Shown here: positions 38,980 to 54,000 of the stretch, piece by piece
Numbering within the stretch: position 1 is the stretch's first letter
Layout of the letters: each line of letters opens with the position of its first letter
Source of the DNA: Chrysomallon squamiferum
Taxonomy: Eukaryota; Animalia; Mollusca
DNA length: 64,000 nucleotides
Direction of reading: 5' to 3'
Assembly: GCA_012295275.1 (NCBI GenBank)
Contig: CM022670.1
Location: 7,688,001-7,752,000, forward strand
Notes under the pieces: model-generated
The model's input: the letters and a program-made list of their open reading frames with translations, nothing else
Databases searched by the model: none
Told to the model about the DNA's origin: nothing
Made by a program: the position numbers and the translations under genes

Positions 38980-41360
38980 TTACATCTTGACAATTCTCAT
39001 GTGAGTTTCTCTCGTCACGGACATTGATCGGGCTCTGCGAACAGCGCCGAGGTTCTTTTCGGCGAGATCGGCTCTGTGCTCGGCATCTTCGATTATTTGC
39101 TGAGCTTTGCGGTATTTGTTCATTGTAAGATTGGCTACATCCTCCTGAAAACAAAACAGAAAAAGATGCACTCGTATAAATAAATTAATTAATAAAAAGC
39201 TATTACTGTAACAAGAAAATTGAAGGATGACATACATTTTAAAAGATCATGACGAGAACAAAAAATCAGTAACAAAAAAATTAGGAAACCTATGCTGGCA
39301 TCAGTATAAACCGTGTTGATAGCAAAACATTGATTGACATCAATATAATCTTGTTAACATCAGTAAGGCCGTTGTTGACAGCAGTAACACTTTTGCCAAC
39401 ATCAGTAAGACCTTTGTTTACATCAGTGAAACGTATGTTCACACCAGTAAGCCTTTTGCTGCCATCAGTAACACCTTTGTTGACAACGTTTAGATCTAAA
39501 CTGAAAACAACACCCAGCACTAATACTTACGGCCTCCTCAATCTGTCTCTTAAGCGTTTTTATTTTAAGACTGAGTTGGTCGTTGACGCTCTGAAGCTCG
39601 GCCACCATTCGGTGATCTTCTTCAGCCAAAGCCATAGCCTCTTTGTACTGGCGTTCTGCTTTGCGCATGTTGGCAATGGCTTCCCTAACACGGCGTTGTT
39701 CGGCTTCCAGTTCGGCTTCCAGATCACGAACCTGGAAAGGTTTTTAAAAACAAATTATTATTCTCTGTCATAGCAATGGCGATATACCAGCGTAAACTTA
39801 CACAGTGATGTGTAAATCTACCGTTTGCTTCAGGTTTTGAAACAACATCTTTATTTAGTTTAAATGCAGACGTCGTAAGCACTCAACGGATAATAAAATA
39901 GGCCATAACGATATAAAAAATATATATATATTTTATATTTTTTCTTGCTGTAGGTCTGTTAACTAAACAATACATATGTAAAATACTGAATGGATTTCTT
40001 ATATTGAAAAATAAGAATCTGTTTTATTACATTACCATCGTATCCTGCCATGAATTAATTTACTTTCATCATTTTAAACATATACGCAATCTGTCGAATA
40101 TTCTATATATAAAACCAGCGATACCAAGAAATAATCAAATATCAATTTACCCTGGCTTGCAGCTTGGCAACCATTCTCTTTCCTTCTCTCTGGGCAAAAG
40201 CTTCAGCTTCTTCCAGTCGGACGGTAATTTCACGGATTTCAATCTCAAGCTGTTTGCGGAGGGATTCGGCGTTCTTGTAGTTCTCTTGTTCCTGTCTAAG
40301 TTCATCGGCGAGACGCAACATCTCCTGGTGAAGGCGGTCGGCTCGTTCCTCGGCAGCGCGCTGAGCGTTGATTGCCTCGTCCAAGTCGGCCTGCATGGAA
40401 GCAATGTCGCCCTCCATGCGTCGCTTCTCGTTGGTGAGGACGGTGACCTGGAGACTGATTTCAGTGAGGCGTGATGACGTGTCAGCCAACTCGTTCTCGG
40501 CATTTTTGCGTGCTCTCTCAGCCTTGGGAGAGAAAAATAATAATTAGAAGAAGAAGAAGACGAACAAGAACAAGAAGAAAAATGACAACAGTTAAGAAAA
40601 AGAAGAAGGTGTCAGTTTATGAAAGAAAATATTAACGGTCGGTTCAGTGCTCTAATATAAAAGTCGCCAACGATTCTACTCATTTAAACTGAATAAAATT
40701 AATACTAACTCATCTTTTTAACGACATCTTTAACTTTTAGTGATGTTCTCTTTTCTATATATTTGTTTGGTATAGTGTGATTCTTTTTTCTTCGTTTTTT
40801 TTTTTTTTTTAATTTGGTTTTAAGAATATACAAAAAAAATCCATCAAAAGTGTTGATATCAAAAGTGTGATAACTTCAAAAGTTTAGGTGAGCAACTCAC
40901 CGCTTCAAGCATGGATCTCACGTCTTCCAGTTCCTGTGTGACTGTGATGCGTTTTCGTTCAGATATGGCAAGTTGGCCGCGGAGGTCATCAGCCAAACGA
41001 CGTTCCTCGTCCAGAAGAACCTCGAGTTCCTGTAACAGAAACAAACAATTCAGATCTAACCTTTGAGCAAGAGACTTGATCTTACGATCTTAGAGTCGTC
41101 CTGAAACGAAAGATATACACAGCACATTCTCATTTAAATCAGTAACTGATATTTCGCAGTTAGCACAATAGGGGAACTGATACTTTCCATCTTTGAGTCC
41201 TCGAGTGTTCCAAACAACTTCTGAATTCAGTGTTTAACTGACAATCTAAGATGTAATTTATGTAACTTATTTTCGACATATAGAATTATAATATTTTTAA
41301 ATAATATTTTTAGAAAGACTTAAAATGACGCTTTCATGTTATTTTGTTTTTGTTCCTATT

Positions 41361-41407
<47 letters not shown>

Positions 41408-44107
41408 TATATTTATTTATTTATTTTATCTTATTTTATTTTTTATTATTTTATTTTTATTATTATTATTATTATTTTTTATTTTTTATTTTTTATTTTT
41501 TTTTTGTTATCTTGAAATAAAAATAATTGAAATAACGGTGAACTGCACTATTTTCATAACCATTTTAATCATTTGAAATGTATTCAAATTTTGAAAGCTG
41601 CCTGTAGAATCACAATCAATAGCTATTCTTCTTTTATCTGGTATTCTTTAACTAGACAGTTGTTTAGAATAAACAAAAAAAGAAATTAAAACGAGGATGT
41701 CATCTGAGTTGATAAAAGACTCACTTTGACTCGCTGTTGAAGAGATTTGATCTGTTTAAGGTACTCGGCGTTAGCTTTGTTGGCGTTGTCAAGGGCACCC
41801 TCAAGTTCCCGGATGTCGGTCTCGTACTTCTTTCTGATTCTGTTGATCTCCGTCTTGTACCGGGTCTCCACCTCGATCAGGGTTCGCTGGAGTTCATCAA
41901 TAGCACGTGCGCTGCTTCTCCTGTAAAAGAAAACATTCACGGAACATTAAGTTTATAGAAAACAAAAATATATAAAACGGTCAGTTTGAAAAATAGAGAA
42001 AGCAACAGAAGATGTTCCGTTCATAGATCACAGACCAAAAATAGACAATCTGTTTACAATAATACGCAGCAAGATAAAAACTGTCAGTTCATAATGTAGA
42101 GGTTAAGATAAGAAAATTATCTATAGATGTATTTTTTTTAATGACAAAAGGAAAAGGCATCGTGCCACATCATCTTAGTCAGGGTGTTGTATTAATGTCT
42201 ATTAACGCCTTTGTTATAATTATGAGTAATGACTGAAAGGATGAAAGTATTTAAAAAAAAATAAAAACTGATTTAAGCACTGAGCTATCATACATATATT
42301 TTTGTTACTAACTTGATATTCTCAATCTCTTCATCCTTCTCTCTCAGTCTGTTCTCCATCTCACTTCGGAGAGTGGCCAGGGCGTTCTGGGCGTTGGCCA
42401 GTTTGTTTTCGGCATCACGGAGAGCCTCTTCGGTGTCTCTCAGAGAGGCTGCCAGGGCGTCGCGTTCAGCCTCAAGCTGGGCGCGTAGCTGTCTGAGGTC
42501 AGCAAGCTCGCGGTTGGCGTCCTTCAGAGCATGTTGAGCCTCACGTAGCTGATCTGTAAACGACAAACAGTCACAGCGGTTTTATAAAATAACACTTTGT
42601 GTTTGCAAACAAAACCTGCATATACAAAGGAGAACGAACATATTATCTGTCATACAGTGTAGTTATTAAAACTCGTAGTAAATCTAACAAAGAGTAACAA
42701 AAATAATCTGTGTATGATTTCCCTATCACCACTAATGAATATGTGTACATTGCAGTTATTTGATATCTTAAATTATTAAATTAGTATCATTACTAATGTA
42801 TACAGTATCAGTGTATCATTGTATTTGTATACAGTAGCTGTATGTGTTCAATATCATTATGTAATATTCAGTAGCTGTACAATGTGTACATCATTATGTA
42901 ATATTCAGTAGCTGTACAATGTGTACAATATCAGTGTATTGTATACAGCCGCTGTATAATGTGTACAATATTACTGTATTGTAGATATCTAATATCATTA
43001 TTAATGCTTTATAATATAACATCGGTTCACCTGAGAGATTCTTGTTTTCTCTCTGCAGATTGTCGTTTCTCTCAGTGAGTTCGGCGATCTGAATTTTCAG
43101 CCTGTGAATTTCAGCCTCCAAGTTGGCTTTGTCTGCGCGCAGTGCGTTGTTCTCGGCGGTCAGGTCGTCGCACCTCTTCTGCAGCAGACCGTTCTCGTTC
43201 TCCAGCTGCCTGTTCCTCTTTGTCAGATCTTGTACGATGATTTGGATCTGAAAACAGAACGAACGGATTGAAAAAAAGAAAAATGGATGGATAGACCGAA
43301 AAATGAATAAATGAATGAATGAATGAATGAATGAATGAATGAATGAATAGATGGATGGATGAAAGGCTGAGTGAATTAAAGGATGGATGGATGGATGGAT
43401 GGATGAATGGAAGAATGGATGGATGGATTGATGGATGGATGTTTAATGATACGTCGATACATTTTAATATTAGCATTATCAGGTGTTGATTCTGCATTTT
43501 CTTATAGACTGATGTCATTGGAGAGGAAACCCTATTTTTATTTAGGAATGCTTTTCAAATATATTAGCATGAAGGAATATTTTATAAGCACCGTCCCAAA
43601 GACATGATAGCACATACCCAAAACATTCAGCTATATGCCATGGTAATGAAATAAAACAATCCAGCGTAAGATCACAGGTGAACTGATAAAAACAAAAAGG
43701 TACATTAAACTCTTTACTTTAATAGTAACAAACAGAATACAAAGTACATTTGACTTTAACCATAATCTTTGCAAGAATTTTTTTTTGTTTTAGGGGGGAA
43801 GAACTCGACGAACAGTTTCTTGTAAAAGGCTGAATTCTGCATCAGAATCTTTATTTTTGGAAAGCAAGAAAAACAAGCAATCTGGTTACTCACGTTTTCT
43901 ATTTCGATGGTGAGTTCCTTGATTTCAGCAGACAGTTTATTTTTGGTTTTCTCGAGATTGCTGCAGCGAGCACGGAGAGTGTCGTTTTCACCTTCCAGCT
44001 CTGCAATTTTGGCATTTAGTCGGCGTCTGTGAAATAACGAAGCATTCTCATGTCGTAAAAAGATATCTACGTGTGTGCGTGTGTGTGCGTGTGTATGTGT
44101 GGGTGTT

Positions 44108-44159
<52 letters not shown>

Positions 44160-45779
44160 CACGGTATAAATCTTGTATCTTCTTGGTACAAAGGTGCAAA
44201 AATATGTTCGAGAATATGTTCAGTGTTTTAATAACTTTAAATAGCTTTTCTTTTCTTTCTTTTTTTTTTATTAGAATTTTTTTTCTTTAAGAAAAGAAAA
44301 AACTTCGAAAGACTTATTTACGTTTCTAAATGCTTGTTTTAAATATTTTTTATGTTTCTTTACTGGCCTCTCATCCCATTTTCCCAAAACAGAACCAAAA
44401 AAATGAACGTTCGTAAGCCAAACTGTTATCAACACAAAAAAATCAAAGAAAATTAACTCTGAACTTATTTAAGTCAAACAAACAAACAAACAAATAAATG
44501 AAATAAACAAATAAATAAATAAAACAAAATAAATAAATAAAAATAAATAAATAAATAATGAAATAAATAAATAGTGAAGTGAAATGAAACAAAATAAAAT
44601 AAAAATAAGTAAAAATTCATAATTACCTGGTGTCCTCAAGCTCTTCTTGGCGGGCGAGGATTTCTTTGTCGAATTTGGCTTTGAGGGCAGAGTACTCTGC
44701 GCTTATTCTGGAGACTTGTTGGCGCAGAGAGTTGGCTGCCTCAGATTCCTCTTCGTATCTGGCGTTCAGGTTGTCGTAGTCAGCGTGGAGACCCTGTAGC
44801 TGCACCTGGAGATTCTGTCGTTGCTGAAAACGTCAAATTAGACGTGAAAATCATTTAAGAATTCCTTTAACATTCGTTGATTTGTCTATGTTAAAATGAG
44901 CAACATGTCAGAGAAGAGATTTAAGTAATCTGAAATTACTTTCACATTCATACATATGTAATTAGCTGTGGCAGAAGTAGTTTGCTAAGCTGAATCATTT
45001 ATTTCTAGATCATGACGCAAAATGACTAGGGGATATAGAGTAAAATTTTCATTTTAACAATTTTTGTCTTTATTCATCAAAAACATTTTAGTTATATAAG
45101 TCTATTTGGAACAAGGATAACACTTGAAGAATCATAACTGTACACACTAAAATGACTTTATTCTATTATTTGGAACCACAATTAACCATATTTTTTAATG
45201 AAACTTTTAACTCGTTCAATCTGAAATACGCTTTACCCTTGATTCATCATCCAAGCTGCGCTTCATGTCGTCCAGCTGGGCCTGTAGTTGAGACTTGGCC
45301 TTGGCGAGAGCCTGGTTAGCGCTGTCAAGTTCCTGAACTTGGTGTTGAAGATCGAAATTTTCCTGAGTCAGACGTGTGCGGGATGCGTTGCTTTCGTTGA
45401 GCTGTCTGGTGAGGTCATCAACTTGACCCTTCAGAGCTCTGTTGGAGGCATCCAGGGAGTCGAGTTTGCTGTCCGCTGAAGCTTTGGCCTTTGCGAGGGA
45501 ATCGACCTGAGTCTGAAGACTGTCGATCTCAATGATCAGCTGCTGTTTCTCCTTCTCTGCTCGGTTCTTCTGCTTGGTGACGTACTCTAGCTGATCAGTC
45601 AAGTCGTTCACAGTCTCGTTGTGTCGCTTGCGTAGACTCTGCTCAGCGCTCTCGTGGGACATGATTGCCAACTCGAGATCCTTGCGAAGTTTGGACAGCT
45701 CAGACTCGCGCTTCTTTGCAATTTCCAGCTGTGCAGAGAACCAGAATTAGTGTCTTAATTGATTTGTTATGTAAATTAC

Positions 45780-45822
<43 letters not shown>

Positions 45823-45894
45823 TTAAAATAATAGCTATCATTAATTTCTAAATATATATCTATGCTCTCGTTCTACCTTTCACTTTCTTTCATG

Positions 45895-45968
<74 letters not shown>

Positions 45969-47471
45969 CCCCCAATAAACGTTAATCTCAAACTGAGTTG
46001 AGCTATTTTTTAACGCGATTTCACTGTTTTCATACAAAATAGTCAGAGAACAAAGATCGCACTGTTTTGCAGAGATCTGTTGTTGATAATCTTTGTTATA
46101 TACACCACTGTGATACATAACGCAACATTCTCTTTATTTTCTTCGACCCTTAGAAATGTAACAAGTAATAAAGCTTTACTACTAACATGTTGTATCGAAA
46201 CACTTCCTTGTTCATCCAGTCTGTCTTGAACTTGTTCCAGCTGGAAAAGTGTCTCGGCAAATTGTTTTTCAGCCTGGATAACAAAACAAAGAATAAATTA
46301 GAAATAAGAGACATATCGAACTTGTGAAGACTCTTTAAAACAAAGACTGTAATCAAATATTGGCTGTCATAAAAGAAATAGAAACAACTCGTTAACATCT
46401 GTGTTTTTTATTTTCATTACATATGATTCCAAATATAGGCAAAAAAAAACCAATAACAACTACAACATTAATAATAAATACAACAAAAACACAGTAATAA
46501 CAATATTCTTAATAATAATAAGAAGAAGAAGAAGAAGAAGATGAAGAATTATATTTTTTTTTTTTTCTTTTATTCTTAAAGATTTAGTAAACACTTTTTA
46601 ATACAATTTACTCCTACTTTATATCAAGCTAAAGAGGTGATGTTGGAATGGTTTAAACAGTCTGCGCAACATTCTTTTATATTGTTCTGGCTACAACTAT
46701 GAACTCACCCGGACACGAGCATCTCTTTCGAAATCAACCATATCCTCAAGCTCCCGGATTCTGGCCTGAAATAAAGAGAATGAGAACATTTTTTTTAAAA
46801 TTTTCTTGCACTGTAAATGAACTGCGGCAAGTTTGATATAACGTTTGTGAAAAGCTTTGTTTATATAGAAGGACATTAAAAACTATTATTGTCCACAGAC
46901 AAATATATATATACCACAAACCACACACACAAACACACACACACACACACACACGTAACTACCAACAACTGTGTTTGTGTATCGTGCGTATATATGTGTA
47001 TATAAATATGCAAATACATATGTATTTACATACCTCGGAACATACGAATACACATATATAAGTTCACATATATATAATATATATATGAACACAGACAAAC
47101 ATACAATTAAATACACACACACATACATACATACATATGATATATTAATATTTGTATAAATGCAGTAAATATTTCAGTTACATTTCAAAACAGTTCAGTT
47201 AATTGTTAAAACATATACAAATAAATAAAAAGGTGAAAACTGCTTTAAGTCTTTGATAATGAAAACGAGTTAAGATAACAAGAAAGAAACTAAAGAGACA
47301 AATAAGCAAGTTATTAAAGTGAACAAAACAAAACAAAAAAAGTAAACAAACAAAATATACAATAAAGCTAAATAAAACAAATAATAAAATAATAATAATA
47401 ATAATAATAAGTATAATAATGATAATAACAATATAAATAATAATAATGACAATAATAATGACAATAATGAC

Positions 47472-47554
<83 letters not shown>

Positions 47555-48026
47555 GTTATTATTGTAGTTATTATTATAGTTATTATTATTACTAATATAA
47601 TTAAGGCAAAATAAATCTAAACAATTAATATGTAAATTTATGCAGTAAGATATAAACATTTATTTTTTTTCCGTTTCAAACACAACTGAAATCTATGCAT
47701 TCTAGACATAACAAACGTGAGTATCATGCATTTCCATGCAAGCAGAAAGAGATAAGAACGCATGTGGTAAGGTGGAAGAACAACAATCACAAAGAAAATC
47801 TTGCTCATACAAGCATATGGCTGAAGGATGCGAAATCTATCAGACTCATCTATATACAATTGACGTGTGTGTAAGCGACCTTGGTAAATACCAAGGTTGA
47901 AATACCGTTACAGCCAACACTTCTGAAAAATGATATGCAGTTCTATAAGCTAGATTAGTGTTTGTATGGGCACGCGCTGGTGTGGATGTATGAGAGAGGG
48001 TGTGTCTGTGTGTATCTGAATGTGTG

Positions 48027-48077
<51 letters not shown>

Positions 48078-51000
48078 AGTCAAAAGGTCTATGACTTTTT
48101 ATTGGCAAAGGTAGGCCAAAAAGGTGTAAATGTTTGTTTTTCAGTAGCAGCTGTCTGCCTTTCTAATAGGCGTGGGTGTATAAAACACAACTATGACGTC
48201 ATTACGGTATTTTATATCTGCTAGGTAGGTGATGGTTTACTAAACTGAAGACAGGTTGGGGAAATTCTTTTGAGGGTGCGCTGTAGCTACAGAAATGTGA
48301 CCATCTGAATAAATAATTCACTTTGAAACATTCCTATATGTGAAAAATCCCTACAGAATGTTGATAGATTCAGTGGGGCAAAAATAGATTGGGATACCTT
48401 GATTTTGCAATTTGACATTTTCTTTCTATTTTTTTTTAAAGAAACTAAAGGAGAAACATGTCTTGACATAACTTAGATTTCGACAAGACAGTTTGTAAAC
48501 GATCTATTAAAAGCACTGCAGGAACGGGAAAAATACCTGTAAATAAAAAATAAAAAAATTAAAAAAAAAAGTAAAATCGAAAAATCTTTCTTTGTACCTA
48601 ATTTAGACAGACTCTTCAACACCACACATTCAAGTGTGCAACCAAGGATAGGGAAATTCAGTGACAATTCTGATTGGTAGATGACAATCAGACGACTGAT
48701 TTTCATTGGATAAAGGATGAGACTACACACGTGATTGGCCGAAGGATCACAGTTTCATATTGGACGAGGATCACACCTTTTATACAATACCTTAAGACGA
48801 TTCTCATCCTCCTGAAATAAACGTTTCTCTGTGACCTGAACCCTCGTCTCTGATGAATTAACGTTTTTAACATTCGACACGTTAGATGACTCTTTGTGAA
48901 CCTGACAAGCAAAATTATTCACAAAATGCAGTTAATGAATGTAGTCACTATAGCAACCAACAGGCTGGTGTGGCAGTGCAGCAAAGTGTGACGAATAATG
49001 GACTTCAAAATTTAATATACATATGACTTCAGATACAATATCTTATGAATAATTTATGATTTTTTATTTATGTTGTTTGTTTCAATCTTTTTTTGACCAA
49101 ATTAAAAGTAAAGTAAAAAAAAAAAAAAAAAAATCTGTTTCTCAAATCCAGGTCCATTATTGGTCACACTAATAACGTGCTATGTAGATTACAACATGTC
49201 GGCCGTTAAAGCTAGCATTAGTGAAAGAAACGTTGTTAATTTTATGCCATTAAGATTTTGTTTTATTTTAATATGTTGCATGTACCTTTAGTGACAGGAC
49301 TAAATGATGTAAACACATTTTAAATATTTGTTTTTGCTAATATTAAAAAAAAAACTGTTACTGACAAAATATCTAGTAATGTTGTCATAGTATCGTGACG
49401 TCATCTCGTACAAAAAGCATCACAATGACAGGATAATTATTTTGCAAACGCTGGAGTATACTCAGTTCCTTAGGGATTTTTGTTTTTGCATTTTCTTTTT
49501 ATATAATATTATAACCAGTTTTATAATAATAATAATAATAATAATATCCATCTTGAAACTTTCTGTTTTACTGTTCTATTTTATTAGCAGACAAGAAAAA
49601 TAGTATTCCTCAGCATGTATTTAGACCATTTCTCTCTCACTAAAGGTACATTATATGTATTCGAGAAACATTATTTAAACTAAACAGTTAAATACTGATA
49701 AAGCACTAGTGAAGAGAGATTTAACGATAATATAAAATTAGCGTGATTAATCTTATATTAGAAAAATAAATTTAGTTATAAATTATTAATGTAGTTATCA
49801 TCATTAAGTCATCTGCGTAGATCTGTTTCGAAAGTTAAATTGAAAATAAGGTTAAAATATTCATAGCTAATTGTCGAGCTTACGGAAACTTTACGTTTAT
49901 TAACTTTATAAATACAATATAATTTTTACTAATGAAAAGAAAACTATGCTTTGGAGAACAAACATAAAAAATTAAATTAAATTAAATAAATTCGATAATA
50001 ATTACGCGACCGTGAAATTATCATTATATCTAAAATGCTATAAATGTTATATTATTATTTTATGTATTTGCTTATATGATTGTTGATTATTATTACTAAG
50101 AGAAGATTGGTAGTTGTAGTAGTAGTAGTAGTAATAGTAGTAGTAGTGGTAGTAATAGTAGTAGAAATAATTAATAATTAAAGAAAGCCTACTATATCTG
50201 TATTCGAAAAAAATATTACAATTTCAGCAACCGATGCTCAGTCACAACCAATATGCGTAACTGCTGTAAGCTTACAAATAAAATAACTGAAACATTAAAA
50301 ACAAATAAACTATCCTATCCGCATGGTTCAATGCATTAAGGATACCTATAGCCATTATTTATTTTTCTTATTTATGCTTTTGTATGAAACATTATTTTTA
50401 CATTGTATTTACTTTATAAGACGGATAGTCAGGGGAAAAAAAAAAAAATAATAATAATAATAATATTTCGTTCTTCTGAAAAAATAAAATAAAATAAAAT
50501 AAATAATTTCTTTTATCGCATTATTTTATTCCGTTATCATTTTACACACAGAAGGGAAACTCTTTTTTTACCTCGTTGTCGTTAAATTACTTAAGTTACT
50601 AATTTTCTGATCTCCCTTTTTTTTTCTTTTTTTTTTTTTTTTTCTTTTATAACCCTTTTAAACTGACGGCTCGTTTGTTTCTGTTTCTAATTTTGTTTAC
50701 CGGTGTACATCTGACAAAGCCAAGGTTTCGTGAGCTCATACAGACAACCTGCATTCCCAACTTAGCTAGATTCCGCGCCGATTAACAACTTACTTCTTGG
50801 CGCCGAAACGCAAGCGCCATAAAAGGAGCAAAGATGTACTAAAAATAGACAAGCGGAGAGCGTGTTCGATTCGGAGATTCCCTCGTGTTTATAAACTGAT
50901 AAAAAATTTAAAGATTCCTGGGTGTGTTTTTTTTTTCCGAAGAAACACGCTGACATACACTGCGTGACCCAGTGCTTGTTGTTGTAGAGGAGTTTGTTAA

Positions 51001-54000
51001 AGTGCTGGAAACCTGACCAACTGAAGAAGGTTATCATCTTCTCTCTGCTAGATGCTGTGTTACGTCTGTCGTGTGATAATCAAAATGCAGCTTTTTTCTC
51101 TTTACAGATATCTTTTAATGGAGGATAAGTGTTCTAGGTGGTTTTTTTTTTTCCTTACTTGTTCTGGAATAGCTGACATACCGAAGTACCAATTAATTTT
51201 ACAGATAAGCAAGACATCGTCAGTACTAACAAGGTACATAGAAATCTAAGTTACGTACCTTTTACTTCATATTCCAGACATTACTGATCAGATTTGTTCA
51301 GCCATAGAGTTTCGTTTAATGAGGTTATTTTCCTTTTTTATTATTAAATACAACGTAACTACGGTCAAACAAAAGTCTTTGTATTTGTCATCTACGAAAT
51401 CAAGTCTCATTAAAGCGTATTTTCTTTTTTAATTTTATATGTGATGTCTGACAAACACGAATGTGGCCGTCCATCTCTCTCTCTATATATATATAGATAT
51501 AGATATAGATATAGATTATCATTATTATTAAGTATCTACACTGTTGTGTATTTTATTATTTAAAAATATTTCGTTTGTTAGAGATCATATATATATATGT
51601 ATATATGTATATATGATTTCTAACAAACGAAAGAGTGGCTGACTTTTTATAGATAATATCTTTATTTGATTTTAATTGATGTGGTATAATCATTTAGTAA
51701 TACCCGTCTTTATAGGTAAAAATAGCTTCTACAACAAGTAGTCGTTATATTGGACTTTTCTTTCTATATTTAGCATTTACGGATCATCTGTTGAGCAAAT
51801 GTTCAAAATGATAATGAGATATATAAAGATAGCATAGATAGCAGCCTGATTACAATCAGTAAGAACTGAAATACTATTCGTTGTTGTTGTTGTTGTTGAA
51901 TTGCAGAAATACTGTTAAGAAAAAATTAATATCATTTGTTTGCAATTTTTGTGACATAATTTAGAACGACTCTTTTGTATTTATTTCAAAATGTTAAGAA
52001 GTTAAATATCTGTGACTTGTTTTGTTTAAGATTTCTCATCAAACTCTTAAAAAAGAGAGCTCTAACTTCTTAATTCATTTCAGTTACTTAATTCTGAGCA
52101 TATTATTAAAAAATAATTTTTAAATAATAAAATGCACAACAGTGTTGATTTTTAATAATAATAATAACAATAGCAATAATAATAATAATAATAATAATTA
52201 ATAGTTAATAATAAAATAGCCAACAACGACGAAAGTTATTAAAGACGAAATAACTAAATAAAATCAAAAACATCAATTCAGAATTAATCAATCTTCAGAA
52301 CTATACGAAGGCGAAATAATTCTTGCTGATAATGTTATTTCCATAACCCGTGTTATTGTATTTTTTTTGTCTTCTAACATTCCAGTCGATATATTTATTT
52401 TTACAAAGCACTAAATAAGAAAGGAATGATTAGGGAGTGTCGGTGAAACTATGTGTGTGTATCAGCGAAAAGTATTTGTTACCAACAACCTTTATCAGTC
52501 TCCGTTATTAACGTAGGTCAAAAAAGTTTAGGAATGAGAAACATCAGACGGAAAATTAGCATCGCTGGCACGTTACCAAGCAACGTCTTCGCGAAATAAG
52601 CCCGCGTTGCTAGGGAAAGTTGTTCTATTTTTAGCTACCAGTAAAGCTACACCTACAGGTAATTTCTCCAAGATCCACCGGCAATGCCCAAATGAGGTAA
52701 GCGGCCATTGGCACGGTGAAGTGCATGTCAGGCTGCTGACGAAGCAACTCGTGAAAGCAATTGTTACTTCTTTCGATATTCACTGTAGTAAAGCTTCCTA
52801 ACAGGCGAATAAATACGTGGAGAATTCTTTTAATAAAATTCACTGCAGATTTGCTCTTGTTTACTGTTCTGTTTCGAGTATTTACGGCGTCGGATAAGAG
52901 CTTATCTAACCTGAATGTGATGTTTAGAAAATAAACCTGACTCGAAAACGGATAAGAAATGAGATAAAAAATAAAAATAAAAATACTACTACCTATACCG
53001 CTCTTGTAAACATCGCGTTATACCCTCAGTTGATTAAAATAAAATTTAAAAAAATCGTAATTTAAAAAAAAAAAATTAAACGTTTATATTTTAAATTGTT
53101 ATCTACAGCATTGTCAGAGCAATGTATAATTTTATAAATATTTAGATTTTACTTCCATTAGACTATTTTATCAAATATTTACATATATCTTCCAATGAAA
53201 GAAACAGCCCTCATTATAAAATAGTGACTATAAAAACAAATAACTTTAAATACTTAGGCCTATACGATACTATCATTATCCAGAAATAAACAAATTTGTT
53301 CTACATAGGTTAACATATATCATCCATACGTGTTCACATGACATAAGCATGTGTGTGTACGTTATCTTTAAACACACAGTAATATACGAGAACATTTTTT
53401 TTCATTTGATATGGGGTGTTTTTTTTTATGATTCCTCTGCGATAATTTACCACACTTATTACTGATTTGATTTATTAGTTTGAGCAGAATTTTTGTTTAG
53501 TTTTATCTGTTGTTTCGTCAGTCTTTGCAGAAATGTTTTGTTTCTTTGGTAGTTTTATTTTGTTTGTCCAAACTTGAATTAAATACAGATATCATTAAAT
53601 GACTTTGTGATTTTACCTTTTTTGTAAAGTAATTTAAAAATATAAACAGTATGCGATATACAAAAGCGCTCTGTAAAATGTAATAAATAAATAAATAAAT
53701 AATACTATTCAATAATATAATATAATATAATATAATAATGTGAGAAATTAACAATAAAGTAGAATAACACTGTAAACAAGTAAATATTCAAGTTAGTAAA
53801 GTGTACTGGATAATATTAAAACTATAATGTCGAGTTTCTGATTATGGAAATATAAAATCAATGGCCACACTGTTACTTCCCTGTGATGTTATTTCTCAAA
53901 AACATGATAATGTTTAACCTTATCTAAACCTAGTTACCTTAAATAACATCCTCAAAATGTTAAAATACTCGACTTCTTGTAAACACGTAGGAGGTCAAAA

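Noticed and set aside
39335-39487. CRISPR-like array for the 21-bp, 12-bp or 58-bp repeats
   Set aside because: Contiguous degenerate tandem units without unique spacers; eukaryotic context; no cas genes.
40004-45479. Plus-strand and alternative-frame ORFs over paramyosin exons (40004, 40147, 41737, 42313, 45288)
   Set aside because: Shadow frames of GC-richer coiled-coil codons.
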